From positions 15,731 to 79,730 of the forward strand of contig JBGSUI010000067.1 in the NCBI GenBank assembly GCA_041736175.1: a stretch of 64,000 nucleotides of DNA, in the 5' to 3' direction. A model generated the notes under the pieces. That model had not been told where the DNA came from. It ran no database searches and saw only the letters and a list, made by a program, of their open reading frames with translations. Below, piece after piece: positions 29,127 through 38,847 of this stretch (its first letter is position 1; the number at the start of each line of letters is the position of its first letter). The DNA is from Oligoflexales bacterium (GTDB lineage Bacteria > Bdellovibrionota_B > Oligoflexia > Oligoflexales > CAIYRB01). The translations under genes were made by a program, and so were the position numbers.

Positions 29127-30437
29127 TTAGCCCGTGATCTCACCATCGATATAAGTCCCATCATGGTAGAGCGGAATCACCAGACTGACCAATTTATAGA
29201 TCACCAAAGCCATCACAAAGGCAAAGACTGAGACTCCAAGGGCCGCAGCAACATGCTTAAAAAACAGCCCCGTTTGGCCGGTCACAAGCCCACCATCCTT
29301 TGCAAAAACCCCGGTCAGCACCATGCCGACAAGACCACCCACTCCGTGGCAGGCAAAAACATCGAGGGTATCATCCACAACATTTTTGATCCCCAAGGTG
29401 ATCACGAAATTGCTGATCACACTGGCGATGGCACCAATAAAGACGCTCGCTCCGACGCTGACAAACCCCGAGGCTGGAGTGATCGCCACCAGGCCCACCA
29501 CGGAACCAATCGCTGCACCCAGTGCACTGGCGCGGCGACCCATCATCAAGTCGAAAAGAACCCAGGATACCATCGCCGCTGCTGCCGCTGTATTGGTGGT
29601 CATAAAAGCCAAGACGGCCGTTTCGTTTGCAGCTAAGGCCGAGCCAGCATTAAAACCAAACCAGCCAAACCAAAGCATTCCCGTGCCGAGCAGCACAAAA
29701 GGGATATTGGAAGGGACCACCGTTTCTACCGCCTGGCCGCTTTTTTTCTTTGAAATCACAAAAGCTCCGGCCAAACCCGCAAAACCAGCGGACATATGCA
29801 CGACGGTCCCGCCGGCAAAATCCAAAACCCCCCACACCCGCAGGATCCCTTGGGGATGCCAGGTCCAATGGGCAAGGGGCATATAGATCAAGAGGCTAAA
29901 CAAAATCATAATCAGTATAAAGGCTCCGACTTTGACTCTTTCGGCAAAAACTCCGGTGATCAAAGCGGGAGTGATAATGGCAAATTTAAGCTGGAAGAGT
30001 GCGAAAAGGACCAGAGGAACCGTCGGCGAAAGATCCTTGTGGGTCGCTAAAGACACGCCTCGAAACATAAAATAAGTGCTAGGATCACCCATAAACCCAC
30101 CCAGTGATGGACCAAAGGCCAAACTAAATCCCACCAAGATCCATAGCAAAGTGACGACACCGATGGATATAAAACTGAGAAACATCGTATTAAGCATCTG
30201 TTTTCTGGATACCATCCCTCCATAAAAAAAAGCCAAACCCGGAGTCATCAGGAGGACCAGAGCGGTCGCTGATAAAACCCAAGCTGTATCGCCAGGGTTG
30301 AGAGGAGCCGTGGGCGCTGTCGAAGGAGTCTCCGTTGGGCTAAACAAAAGACTCAACCCCAAAATGAATAAAAGGATCCCCAGGGATAGAATCGACGTTT
30401 TTTTGGAAACCTGTCTGACCGTGGAGCTTGGACTCAT
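29127..30437 (-). CDS. amt: Ammonium transporter with an atypical C-terminal tail
   Basis: MTPGLAFFYGG, FQLKFAIITPAL, DFAGGTVVH, LWFGWFGFNAGS, GLVAITPA, DDTLDVFACHG. Confidence 0.95.
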   Translation of the reverse strand: MSPSSTVRQVSKKTSILSLGILLFILGLSLLFSPTETPSTAPTAPLNPGDTAWVLSATALVLLMTPGLAFFYGGMVSRKQMLNTMFLSFISIGVVTLLWILVGFSLAFGPSLGGFMGDPSTYFMFRGVSLATHKDLSPTVPLVLFALFQLKFAIITPALITGVFAERVKVGAFILIMILFSLLIYMPLAHWTWHPQGILRVWGVLDFAGGTVVHMSAGFAGLAGAFVISKKKSGQAVETVVPSNIPFVLLGTGMLWFGWFGFNAGSALAANETAVLAFMTTNTAAAAAMVSWVLFDLMMGRRASALGAAIGSVVGLVAITPASGFVSVGASVFIGAIASVISNFVITLGIKNVVDDTLDVFACHGVGGLVGMVLTGVFAKDGGLVTGQTGLFFKHVAAALGVSVFAFVMALVIYKLVSLVIPLYHDGTYIDGEITG

Positions 30438-30481
30438 AAAATACCCTTTATTTTAAAGAATCACCTTGACCCATCATGCTT

Positions 30482-30497
30482 TGCAAACCATGAACCG
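30482..30497 (-). promoter_or_regulatory. Sigma54 promoter candidate for amt
   Basis: CGGTTCATGGTTTGCA (GG-N10-GC), 45 nt before the amt start. Confidence 0.5.
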
Positions 30498-30515
30498 CTA
30501 GCAAAACACAACAAA

Positions 30516-31949
30516 CTACTGTATATACTGACTGATGGCTTGCGCCATTTTGCGACCTTCGGCGATCGCCCAGACGATGAGCGAAGCACCCCTTCGGGCA
30601 TCTCCGGCGGCAAATACGCCTTTGAGGGATGTCATTCCCTGAGAATCTGTCCACAGGGTGTTCATCCCTGTGGTTTTTAGAGGTTGCCATGATTCACGCA
30701 GCCCTTGGGGAATCCCTGTAAACCCAATCGCCAAAATAACCATATCGACCTCTATGGTTTTTTCGGTACCTACAATAGGCTGCAACTGACCACCAACCCG
30801 TTCCATTTCGACCGTGGATAAACCTGTTAAGACTCCCCCTTCACCAAGAAAAGCTCTTGTAGCCCGACCAAAGTAGCGTTCGCCACCCTCTTCATGGGCA
30901 TGGCTAGACCTTAGTTTAAGGGGCCAATAGGGCCAAGGAGTCTCGGGGCTCCGTTCCTGGGGCGGTCGAGGGGCAAGCTCAAATTGTAACACCGATTGAG
31001 CACCCTGACGGAGCACCGTCCCTAAACAATCTGACCCTGTGTCTCCACCACCTAGGATCACGACTTTTTTACCACGAGCACAGATGGGTGGGTCGCCAGG
31101 CAGCTTATGTTCCAGATGAAGGTTTTGTTGAGTCAGAAAATCCATAGCTTCATAAATACCCTTCAGATCCCGACCGGGAATGGGTAGCTCCCGGGGATTT
31201 TCTGCTCCCACGGCGAGACCAACGGCATCGTGAATCTCGATCAATTGGCCCAAGGGCATCGCGGCACCGATTTCGACCCCACAGCGAAAGATCACCCCCT
31301 CGTCCCGCAGCTGCTCAAGACGCCGATCCAGGACCCACTTCTCCAGCTTAAAATCGGGAATCCCGTAGCGCAGCAGGCCTCCAGGGAGTGGAGCTTTTTC
31401 ATAAACAACCACTTGATGACCTAGACGAACCAGCTGCTGAGCCGCCGCAAGGCCCGCTGGTCCGGATCCCACAAGACCGATGTTTTTTCCCGTATGGCCA
31501 ATGGATGGTTTTGCGGGCTGGGGTTTGATCCACCCCATTTTAAAACCTTCGTTGACGATGGCGAGTTCTATCTGCCGGATGGTCACGGGTTTTTCCTGCA
31601 TCGCCAGGACACAGCCAGCTTCGCATGGTGCGGGACAGAGTTGCCCCGTAAATTCAGGAAAATTGTTGGTCTGGTGCAAACGATGGAGCGCATCCTGCCA
31701 ACGGCCCCTCACCACAAGCTCGTTCCATTCGGGGATCAGATTGTCCACGGGGCAGCCATGATCACCGTGACAAAAGGGCACCCCGCAGTTCATACACCGA
31801 CCCGCCTGTTGGACGGCTCTTTGGGGAAAAGGCTGTTCATAGACCTGAAGGTAGTCGTTGAGACGCTGGCTTTTTGGTCGTCTAGGTTCGCTGACAGGCT
31901 CACAATGAATAAATGATTTTGGGTCTAGTCCTTGAGATCCGTTAGACAT
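30516..31949 (-). CDS. gltD: Glutamate synthase small subunit
   Basis: RCMNCGVPFCH, NNFPEFTGQLCPAPCE, GSGPAGLAAA, GGGDTGSDC, RRGASLIVWAIAEGR. Confidence 0.96.
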   Translation of the reverse strand: MSNGSQGLDPKSFIHCEPVSEPRRPKSQRLNDYLQVYEQPFPQRAVQQAGRCMNCGVPFCHGDHGCPVDNLIPEWNELVVRGRWQDALHRLHQTNNFPEFTGQLCPAPCEAGCVLAMQEKPVTIRQIELAIVNEGFKMGWIKPQPAKPSIGHTGKNIGLVGSGPAGLAAAQQLVRLGHQVVVYEKAPLPGGLLRYGIPDFKLEKWVLDRRLEQLRDEGVIFRCGVEIGAAMPLGQLIEIHDAVGLAVGAENPRELPIPGRDLKGIYEAMDFLTQQNLHLEHKLPGDPPICARGKKVVILGGGDTGSDCLGTVLRQGAQSVLQFELAPRPPQERSPETPWPYWPLKLRSSHAHEEGGERYFGRATRAFLGEGGVLTGLSTVEMERVGGQLQPIVGTEKTIEVDMVILAIGFTGIPQGLRESWQPLKTTGMNTLWTDSQGMTSLKGVFAAGDARRGASLIVWAIAEGRKMAQAISQYIQ

Positions 31950-34900
31950 GGCGATTCTCCCCGATCCTTCTTAGCTGGGCATTTGGTCCGCCTCCAAAGG
32001 GTGGCGGTTCAAGACCCTCGTCGTCACGAGCCGCAGCGAGTGATGCTTGGTAACCTTTAGGCTCTACTTTAATAAACCTGACTAGACAGGTAGGCCAGTT
32101 TTCTAATAGATAAGCCGCCCGTTGGCTCTGGGTTGTTTGCACATGGGCCTCTAAAAGCCGCTTGATCGTCAGGGCTTCTGGCCTATGTTCATCACCGGTA
32201 AGGGGTTCGAGTTCTATCATATCCAGGTTAAATTGGGTCCCAAGAGCGCCGTGCTCATCATAAACAAAGGCTAGACCACCAGACATCCCAGCCCCAAAGT
32301 TTTTACCAATGGAGCCCAAAACAATCACCACACCACCTGTCATATACTCACAGCCATGGTCTCCGAGCCCTTCGACAACCGCTTCGGCACCACTATTTCT
32401 CACGGCAAAACGCTCTCCAGCGGCTCCGCCGACAAAAAGCTCACCTGCCGTGGCACCGTAGAGCACCGTGTTGCCGATAATAGAGGGGCTCTCGTCGAGC
32501 CAGGATGCCGTCTTAGGCAACGTCACCACAATGCGACCCCCTGACAGACCTTTACCGACGTAGTCATTAGCCGCACCCAAAAGCCTCAGCTCTACGCCTT
32601 GGTCCAGAAAAGCCCCAAAGGACTGACCTCCATAGCCATTCAAGTCGATTTTAAGGGGGTCACGCCGGGTTTTTGCATTTCCCTTAGGTCCAGGGCCGCT
32701 TCGTTCGGCACTGATACGTTGGGAGCTTAAAAGCGCGCCAAAGGATCGGTGAGCGGTCCTAATATGTCCTTTGAGATCCGCAAGGGGTGGGGCGAGTGCC
32801 ACGGCGGGTCGTTGGGGTAGAAAACCCATATTTTCTGGAGCTTTTACCTGGAAAAGCAGCTTTTTAAAATCTAAGTGGAGAAGGCTGCTTAGGGGTTCCT
32901 TAGGCTGCAATAGATCGGTGCGCCCTATGGCCTCGTCTAAGGAGTCGAGTCCCAGCTGAGCCAAAGTCCGCCGCACATCTTCGGCAACAAAAAACATAAA
33001 TTGGATAACATGTTCAGGTTTACCGCGATAAAGCGCTCGAAGCTCTGGATCTTGGGTCGCGATCCCTACAGGGCAGGTGTTAAGATGGCATTTACGCATC
33101 ATAATGCAGCCCGTCGCAATCAGCGGAGCTGTTGCAAACCCGAATTCGTTGGCCCCCAAGAGAGCCGCCATCACCACATCCCTACCCGTCTTAAACTGCC
33201 CATCCACTTCCAGCTTGACCCACGGTCTAAGCCCGTTAAGCACCAATGCTTGGTGAACCTCTGCGATCCCAATCTCCCACGGCATCCCAGCATGTTTAAT
33301 GGAGGACAGGGGCGATGCACCCGTCCCGCCACTGCCGCAGCTAATCACCACTTTATCAGCACCAGCTTTGACGACGCCCGCAGCAATGGCTCCGATCCCC
33401 GTCGAGGCGACGAGCTTTACTGAGACAAGAGCTTTAGGATGAGCATTTTTGAGGTCATAGATCAGCTGGGCCAAATCCTCGATGGAGTAGATATCATGGT
33501 GCGGAGGTGGAGAGATGAGGGGAACGCCTGGGTTTGAATGGCGTAGCATCGCGATCTCCCGGTCCACCTTGTGACCAGGGAGTTGTCCCCCTTCGCCAGG
33601 CTTCGCTCCCTGGGCGATTTTGATCTGGAGTTCCTTACCATCGAGCAGATAGGCCAAAGTCACTCCAAACCGCCCCGAGGCCACTTGGCGAATCGCCGAC
33701 AGACGGCTATCTCCTGCTAGAGTGGGCGTCGCCCGTCCTGGATCTTCGCCCCCCTCCCCTGTATTGCTTTTGCCCCCCAATCGATTCATAGCGATCGCGA
33801 GCGTCTCGTGGGCTTCCCGACTGATCGCACCGAGGGACATAGCCCCTGTGGTAAACCTTTTGACGATTTCCTGAGGGGTTTGGAGTTTCTGCTGTGTCTG
33901 AAGATCTAGAGAAATTTGTTTATCGACTTTAAATTCCAAAAGGTGCCTGAGAAAAATCGGATCTTGATCCTCCCGGTCCACTTCTTTTTTAAAGGCTTCG
34001 TAGCTTGCAAATTGGTTGTCTCGGACCGCATGCTGGAGACTTGCAATCGCTTGGGGAGACCAGGCGTGTTTTTCACCATGTTTTCGCCAGTGGACTTGCC
34101 CGCCTACCATCAGATGGGGATCCCTTTGGGGATTAAAAGCGTAGGCATGTCGCCCCATCGTGCGGTCTTCGATTTGGGCTAGGTCGATGCCTCCAATGGG
34201 TGAAGGAGTCGATGGAAAAAAGCGTTTCATCAACTCATGTCCCAGTCCAATCGACTCGAAGATCTCGGCCCCTTGGTAGGACATAAGGGTCGAGATCCCC
34301 ATCTTAGACATAATCTTAAGCAGACCCTTATTAAGGGCTTTGATATATTTCTTTTCGGCACCGGATTTTTGGGTGGTGCCTTTGATCTCCCCTTGGTCAC
34401 AAAGGACTCCGATCGTATCCAAGGCCAAGTAAGGCAAGACCGCTTTGGCACCATATCCAAGGGTACAGGCCAATTGGTGTACGGACCTCACCTCGGCAGT
34501 TTCGACAATCAGATCGGTCCTGGATTTTAAATGCTCGTTTACCAGGGATTGATTGACCGCTGCCACAGCTAGGAGCATAGGAATCGCAATCTTGGTTGCC
34601 TGGGATCCTCGGTCCGAAAGTAGGATCACCTGGGCACCCCCATAAGAGGCGTTTATCGCCTCGTTACAAAGGGAGTCCAAGCCCGCGCGGAAAGACCCGG
34701 GGCTGTCGGTGACTTCAATCAGGGTCGAGAGAGTGACGACCTTTAAGCCGCTGACGTCTTGGGAACAAATCCGGTTTAGAATCTCTTCGGAAAGGACGGG
34801 GTGGTGGAGCTTGACGAGTTGGGCGCGGGATGTTTCACCGAGGATTTGTTTACTCCCCAAATAAACGGTCAGAGACATCACCGACTCTTCTCGGAGTGGG

Positions 34901-36543
34901 TCAATGGGAGGGTTGGTCACCTGGGCAAACTGTTGTCTAAAGTAATCATAGAGCAGTCTGGGCTCCGTCGATAAAAAAGCCGGAGGAGTGTCATCACCCA
35001 TGGACGAGATAGGCTCTTCACCTTTTTCGGCCATCGGCTTTAAGACCATTTCAATCTCTTCGGAACTCAGTCCAAAGGCCAATTGTAGTTGCTGCAAACG
35101 GGACGCTTTTCGTTGTTTATAGAGATCTCGAATCGCCCATAGATCGTCGATGTCGCGAATGGAAGCTTCAATCCAAGGCCGATAGTCATACTGCGCAGAG
35201 ACGTGACTCTTGGCTTCCCCACTGAGAATCAGTCCCCCTCGGCTCGGGTCGATCACCAGCAACTCCCCAGGGCCGACACGACCCATACGTTTGATCTTAT
35301 GGAGTGGTATTGGCAAGGCACCCATCTCCGAGGCCACGACCACTCGGTCGTCATCGGTCAAAAGATAGCGGCAGGGCCTAAGGCCGTTGCGGTCGAGTCC
35401 GACACAGACCGATTGACCATCGGTGCTCACCACCGCTGCGGGACCGTCCCAAGGCTCGAAAATGGGGGCATGGTATTCGTAAAAAGATCGCAGCCGAGGA
35501 TCCATATCATGATTTTTTTCCCATGCCTCGGGCATCAAAATCATATGGGCCTCGGCCAGAGAGCGACCCGACAGGAGCAGAATTTTAAAGACCTGGTCTA
35601 GATAGGCTGAGTCACTTAACCTTTGGCCTAAAAGCGGTCCCACCAATGATGCATCCTCACCAAAAAGGGCCCGAGCCAAGGAGGACTCACGGCCCAGCAT
35701 CGCTGCAAGGTTTCCCCTGAGGGTGTTGATCTCTCCGTTATGGCAGAGGTGTTTGAAAGGTTGGGCAAGCACCCAGGACGGAAAGGTGTTGGTGCTAAAC
35801 CGAGCATGGACCAGTGCCAAGGCACTCTCGACCTCAGGGGAGGCTAGATCAGGGTAGTAGATGGAAAGCTCTGCGGCATGCATCATCCCTTTGTAGACGG
35901 TGGTATAGCGATCAAGGCTGATCAACTGAACCATGTCTTCTGATTTTGCTCCGCCGGGATTTGCTCCGTGATTTTCAGCGAAAAAAAGAGTTATTTGTTT
36001 TTGAACGATGTATAGCTTGGCATCCCGCACCGGCTCAGGAAGGTTCGACAGATCAAAAAACACGTGGGCGATTTGAGGTTCCCCGTGGCGAGCCATGGCG
36101 CCTAGACAATCTGAATGGGTCGGTACGGGACGCCAGCCGATGAGGCTCACACCAAGTCTGGCAAACAGCGGCTTAAGTGGATTTAGACAATCTGAAAACT
36201 GGGGCAGACCTTGGGGCCCAAAGAGAACTCCCACGGCATAGGAACCCGGCGGAGGGAGCATAAAGCCAAGTTTTTGGGATTCCACACGAAAAAAACGATC
36301 AGGGATCTGAATAAGCAGTCCGACCCCATCTCCCGTTTTTCCGTCTGCACCCTTAGCCCCTCGATGCTCCATAGCGACGAGTGCATCGATGCCGTCCCGT
36401 ACTAAGCTATGGGATTTTTCACCCTTCGTATGGGCGATGACACCGATTCCACAGGACGCCCGGTGCTGGCTCGGATGAAACAAACCGGCTTCTACGGCTT
36501 GGGGTGACCTGGGGAAAAAATCACTGCTAGAGGCGTCCTGCAT
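31942..36543 (-). CDS. gltB: Glutamate synthase large subunit
   Basis: SCGIG N-terminal Cys, HARFSTNTFPSW, EPWDGPA, QGAKPGEGGQLPG, CIMMRKCHLNTCPVG, GERFAVRNSG. Confidence 0.97.
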   Translation of the reverse strand: MQDASSSDFFPRSPQAVEAGLFHPSQHRASCGIGVIAHTKGEKSHSLVRDGIDALVAMEHRGAKGADGKTGDGVGLLIQIPDRFFRVESQKLGFMLPPPGSYAVGVLFGPQGLPQFSDCLNPLKPLFARLGVSLIGWRPVPTHSDCLGAMARHGEPQIAHVFFDLSNLPEPVRDAKLYIVQKQITLFFAENHGANPGGAKSEDMVQLISLDRYTTVYKGMMHAAELSIYYPDLASPEVESALALVHARFSTNTFPSWVLAQPFKHLCHNGEINTLRGNLAAMLGRESSLARALFGEDASLVGPLLGQRLSDSAYLDQVFKILLLSGRSLAEAHMILMPEAWEKNHDMDPRLRSFYEYHAPIFEPWDGPAAVVSTDGQSVCVGLDRNGLRPCRYLLTDDDRVVVASEMGALPIPLHKIKRMGRVGPGELLVIDPSRGGLILSGEAKSHVSAQYDYRPWIEASIRDIDDLWAIRDLYKQRKASRLQQLQLAFGLSSEEIEMVLKPMAEKGEEPISSMGDDTPPAFLSTEPRLLYDYFRQQFAQVTNPPIDPLREESVMSLTVYLGSKQILGETSRAQLVKLHHPVLSEEILNRICSQDVSGLKVVTLSTLIEVTDSPGSFRAGLDSLCNEAINASYGGAQVILLSDRGSQATKIAIPMLLAVAAVNQSLVNEHLKSRTDLIVETAEVRSVHQLACTLGYGAKAVLPYLALDTIGVLCDQGEIKGTTQKSGAEKKYIKALNKGLLKIMSKMGISTLMSYQGAEIFESIGLGHELMKRFFPSTPSPIGGIDLAQIEDRTMGRHAYAFNPQRDPHLMVGGQVHWRKHGEKHAWSPQAIASLQHAVRDNQFASYEAFKKEVDREDQDPIFLRHLLEFKVDKQISLDLQTQQKLQTPQEIVKRFTTGAMSLGAISREAHETLAIAMNRLGGKSNTGEGGEDPGRATPTLAGDSRLSAIRQVASGRFGVTLAYLLDGKELQIKIAQGAKPGEGGQLPGHKVDREIAMLRHSNPGVPLISPPPHHDIYSIEDLAQLIYDLKNAHPKALVSVKLVASTGIGAIAAGVVKAGADKVVISCGSGGTGASPLSSIKHAGMPWEIGIAEVHQALVLNGLRPWVKLEVDGQFKTGRDVVMAALLGANEFGFATAPLIATGCIMMRKCHLNTCPVGIATQDPELRALYRGKPEHVIQFMFFVAEDVRRTLAQLGLDSLDEAIGRTDLLQPKEPLSSLLHLDFKKLLFQVKAPENMGFLPQRPAVALAPPLADLKGHIRTAHRSFGALLSSQRISAERSGPGPKGNAKTRRDPLKIDLNGYGGQSFGAFLDQGVELRLLGAANDYVGKGLSGGRIVVTLPKTASWLDESPSIIGNTVLYGATAGELFVGGAAGERFAVRNSGAEAVVEGLGDHGCEYMTGGVVIVLGSIGKNFGAGMSGGLAFVYDEHGALGTQFNLDMIELEPLTGDEHRPEALTIKRLLEAHVQTTQSQRAAYLLENWPTCLVRFIKVEPKGYQASLAAARDDEGLEPPPFGGGPNAQLRRIGENRHV

Positions 36544-36964
36544 AGTTTACGACTCACCTGATCTATATCTGTGAAAAACGTGTGGGGTCCCGCATCCTCT
36601 GAGGGAAAGGGACCAACCAAAACCCAAGATGCGCGATCTGAGACAACAAGCAAAATCAAGGGACAGAATGTAGCATCCATCCCGTCTAATGTTAATGACA
36701 AAGTCAATGCTGGTGATTTACGCGGAATTTTTTAGGTATCAAACCACACCTCCCCCTCGGAAGAACTCGTTTTTGAGATTTATAAGGCTCACCAGGAGGT
36801 CATTGAGGAGCCATGAAAAAGCTAACGGTATCTCTATGAAATCAGGCCTATTTATACCATAATTAAACTTTTCACCCCTAGTTCCCGAATTCCTCTTCTG
36901 TCTGGTTTGGGGGCCTAGGAAAGCCCCCTCAGCCAACAACTCACATTTTGTTAGAGGAGGATTC

Positions 36965-37294
36965 ATGAGTTTCAAACTTCACAGAGCTTTGTTCCAAAGC
37001 CGGTTTTGGCTTGCCTTAGGTATCACCGTCCAACTTTGGCAAGCTCCTGTGGCCCACGCCGAAGAAGACCAGGATGCTGACGGCTTTCAGATTGGTGGAA
37101 GCTGCGCAGCACTCGCCTACGCATCGACAACCAACTTAAGGGCCTTGATCTCCGGCGGCTACGCGGATGACTTCCACGCATTCTGTTTTCCGGAGGAGCC
37201 TTCTGAGTGCTCAGATTACACATCCTTTCTAAAGGGTGTGGGTCGTCTGAACACCGGCGAGGACGGGTACCACTGTAGCCTTCACCTTCAATAG
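36965..37294 (+). CDS. Small secreted Cys-containing hypothetical protein
   Basis: Strong SD GAGGAGG; signal peptide ending AHA; four Cys. Confidence 0.7.
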   Translation: MSFKLHRALFQSRFWLALGITVQLWQAPVAHAEEDQDADGFQIGGSCAALAYASTTNLRALISGGYADDFHAFCFPEEPSECSDYTSFLKGVGRLNTGEDGYHCSLHLQ

Positions 37295-37306
37295 AGAAAC
37301 CGGTGA

Positions 37307-37362
37307 AGAAAAAGGGAAAAGGGAAAAGGGAAAAGGCGTCCGCGCTTTTTCCCTTACCTTTG
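37307..37362. terminator. Hairpin with (GAAAAGG)4 tandem repeat between convergent genes
   Basis: AAGGGAAAAGGCG...CGCTTTTTCCCTT. Confidence 0.5.
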
Positions 37363-37392
37363 TGAACAGTGACCCACTTTAAAAGGCTAATT

Positions 37393-38724
37393 TTACAAGA
37401 GGTTTGCCGCCGTGGTCGCCAGCTCACTGCGCTCACCCTTTTTGAGCGTGATATGGGCAGCAATAGGCTCGTGGCGAAACTTTTCAATCACATAGGTGAG
37501 CCCGTTGTTTTGGGAATCGATATAGGGATTATCGATCTGGTATGGATCACCTGTTAGAACTATTTTGGTACCTTCCCCGGCTCGCGTCAAAATCGTTTTG
37601 ATTTCGTGGGGCGTAAGGTTTTGGGACTCGTCGACGACAAAGTAGATGTTAGGCAGTGACCGTCCGCGAATATAGGTGAGGGGCTCGACCTGTAGCATTC
37701 CTTGGTTGATCAGCTCTTGATAACTTTTTCCAAGCCTTTTTTGTTTAACATGGATCCCCCCAGAGAGCAGGAGTTCGAGGTTATCGTAGATCGGCTGCAT
37801 CCATGGATTGAGCTTTTCATCGAGATCACCTGGCAAAAACCCCAAATCTTTGCCTAGAGGAAAAACCGGGCGAGCGACAAGGAGCTTATGATACTCGTCT
37901 TCGTCGGTGGTTTTTGCCAATCCCGCTGCAATGGCCATCAGGGTCTTGCCCGTGCCGGCACCGCCACTGAGGGTCACTAGTTTGATCTTGTCGTTTAAGA
38001 GGGCATCGAGAGCAAAAGATTGCTCTAAATTGCGAGGGTAGATTCCCCAAACTCCCTCTGAGGTGGTATCCAGCATGCGGACCACGCCACGGGCCTTATC
38101 AAAGACCCCTTGGACAAACTGATTCGCATCATTTTCGTCTTCCAAAATGACATATTGATTGGGGAGGATCGACTCTTCAGGAAGAGCCAGCTCCCTTTTG
38201 GTATAGAAAGTGTGGATGAAAGGGGTCGGGACGCGGATGGTCGCAATACCACTGTAAAGATGCGAAATATCAACCTTATCTGCCTCGAAATCCTCGGCAG
38301 GGATGCCAAAAGCATCGGCCTTAATCCGCAGGTTGCTATCTTTGGTGATGATCACAACCCTGCGGCCATCGCCAAACTGCTTTTGCAGTGTCAACCCAAT
38401 CGCCAAAATATGATTATCGGTACCATCGGCTAAAAGCTCCGGCAGTATCTCCATATTGTGACCTAAGTAGACAAAAAGACTTCCGGAATCCGGGCGGTCC
38501 GTAAAAAGCCGCACGCCCGAAGAAAGGGTCCCCTGTTCTCGCAGCCCGTCAAGGATACGGGACACCTCCCGGGCATTGCGACCGGTTTCACTTTGATCTT
38601 TTTTAAAGGTGTCGATTTCTTCAATCACCGAGATCGGGATCACCACGTCATTGTCTTCAAATTTGAAAAGACTTTGAGGGTTACTCAGGAGGACGTTAGT
38701 GTCTAGGATAAAGACCTTTTTCAT
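37393..38724 (-). CDS. PIN-PhoH (PhoH2/YlaK-type) protein
   Basis: ILDTNVLL PIN domain, GGAGTGKT, GFLPG, IRGRSL, DESQNLT, LTGDPYQID. Confidence 0.94.
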   Translation of the reverse strand: MKKVFILDTNVLLSNPQSLFKFEDNDVVIPISVIEEIDTFKKDQSETGRNAREVSRILDGLREQGTLSSGVRLFTDRPDSGSLFVYLGHNMEILPELLADGTDNHILAIGLTLQKQFGDGRRVVIITKDSNLRIKADAFGIPAEDFEADKVDISHLYSGIATIRVPTPFIHTFYTKRELALPEESILPNQYVILEDENDANQFVQGVFDKARGVVRMLDTTSEGVWGIYPRNLEQSFALDALLNDKIKLVTLSGGAGTGKTLMAIAAGLAKTTDEDEYHKLLVARPVFPLGKDLGFLPGDLDEKLNPWMQPIYDNLELLLSGGIHVKQKRLGKSYQELINQGMLQVEPLTYIRGRSLPNIYFVVDESQNLTPHEIKTILTRAGEGTKIVLTGDPYQIDNPYIDSQNNGLTYVIEKFRHEPIAAHITLKKGERSELATTAANLL

Positions 38725-38847
38725 TTTAATTAACCAATATCAACAGGTTTCTTGTTTGGATTCCGTTTGTAACACGGTTCGCAAGGTGACTTCCACCACT
38801 CTTTGAGCTACCTTATTGAGTATAGTCACCACCTGTGAGGACAATCT

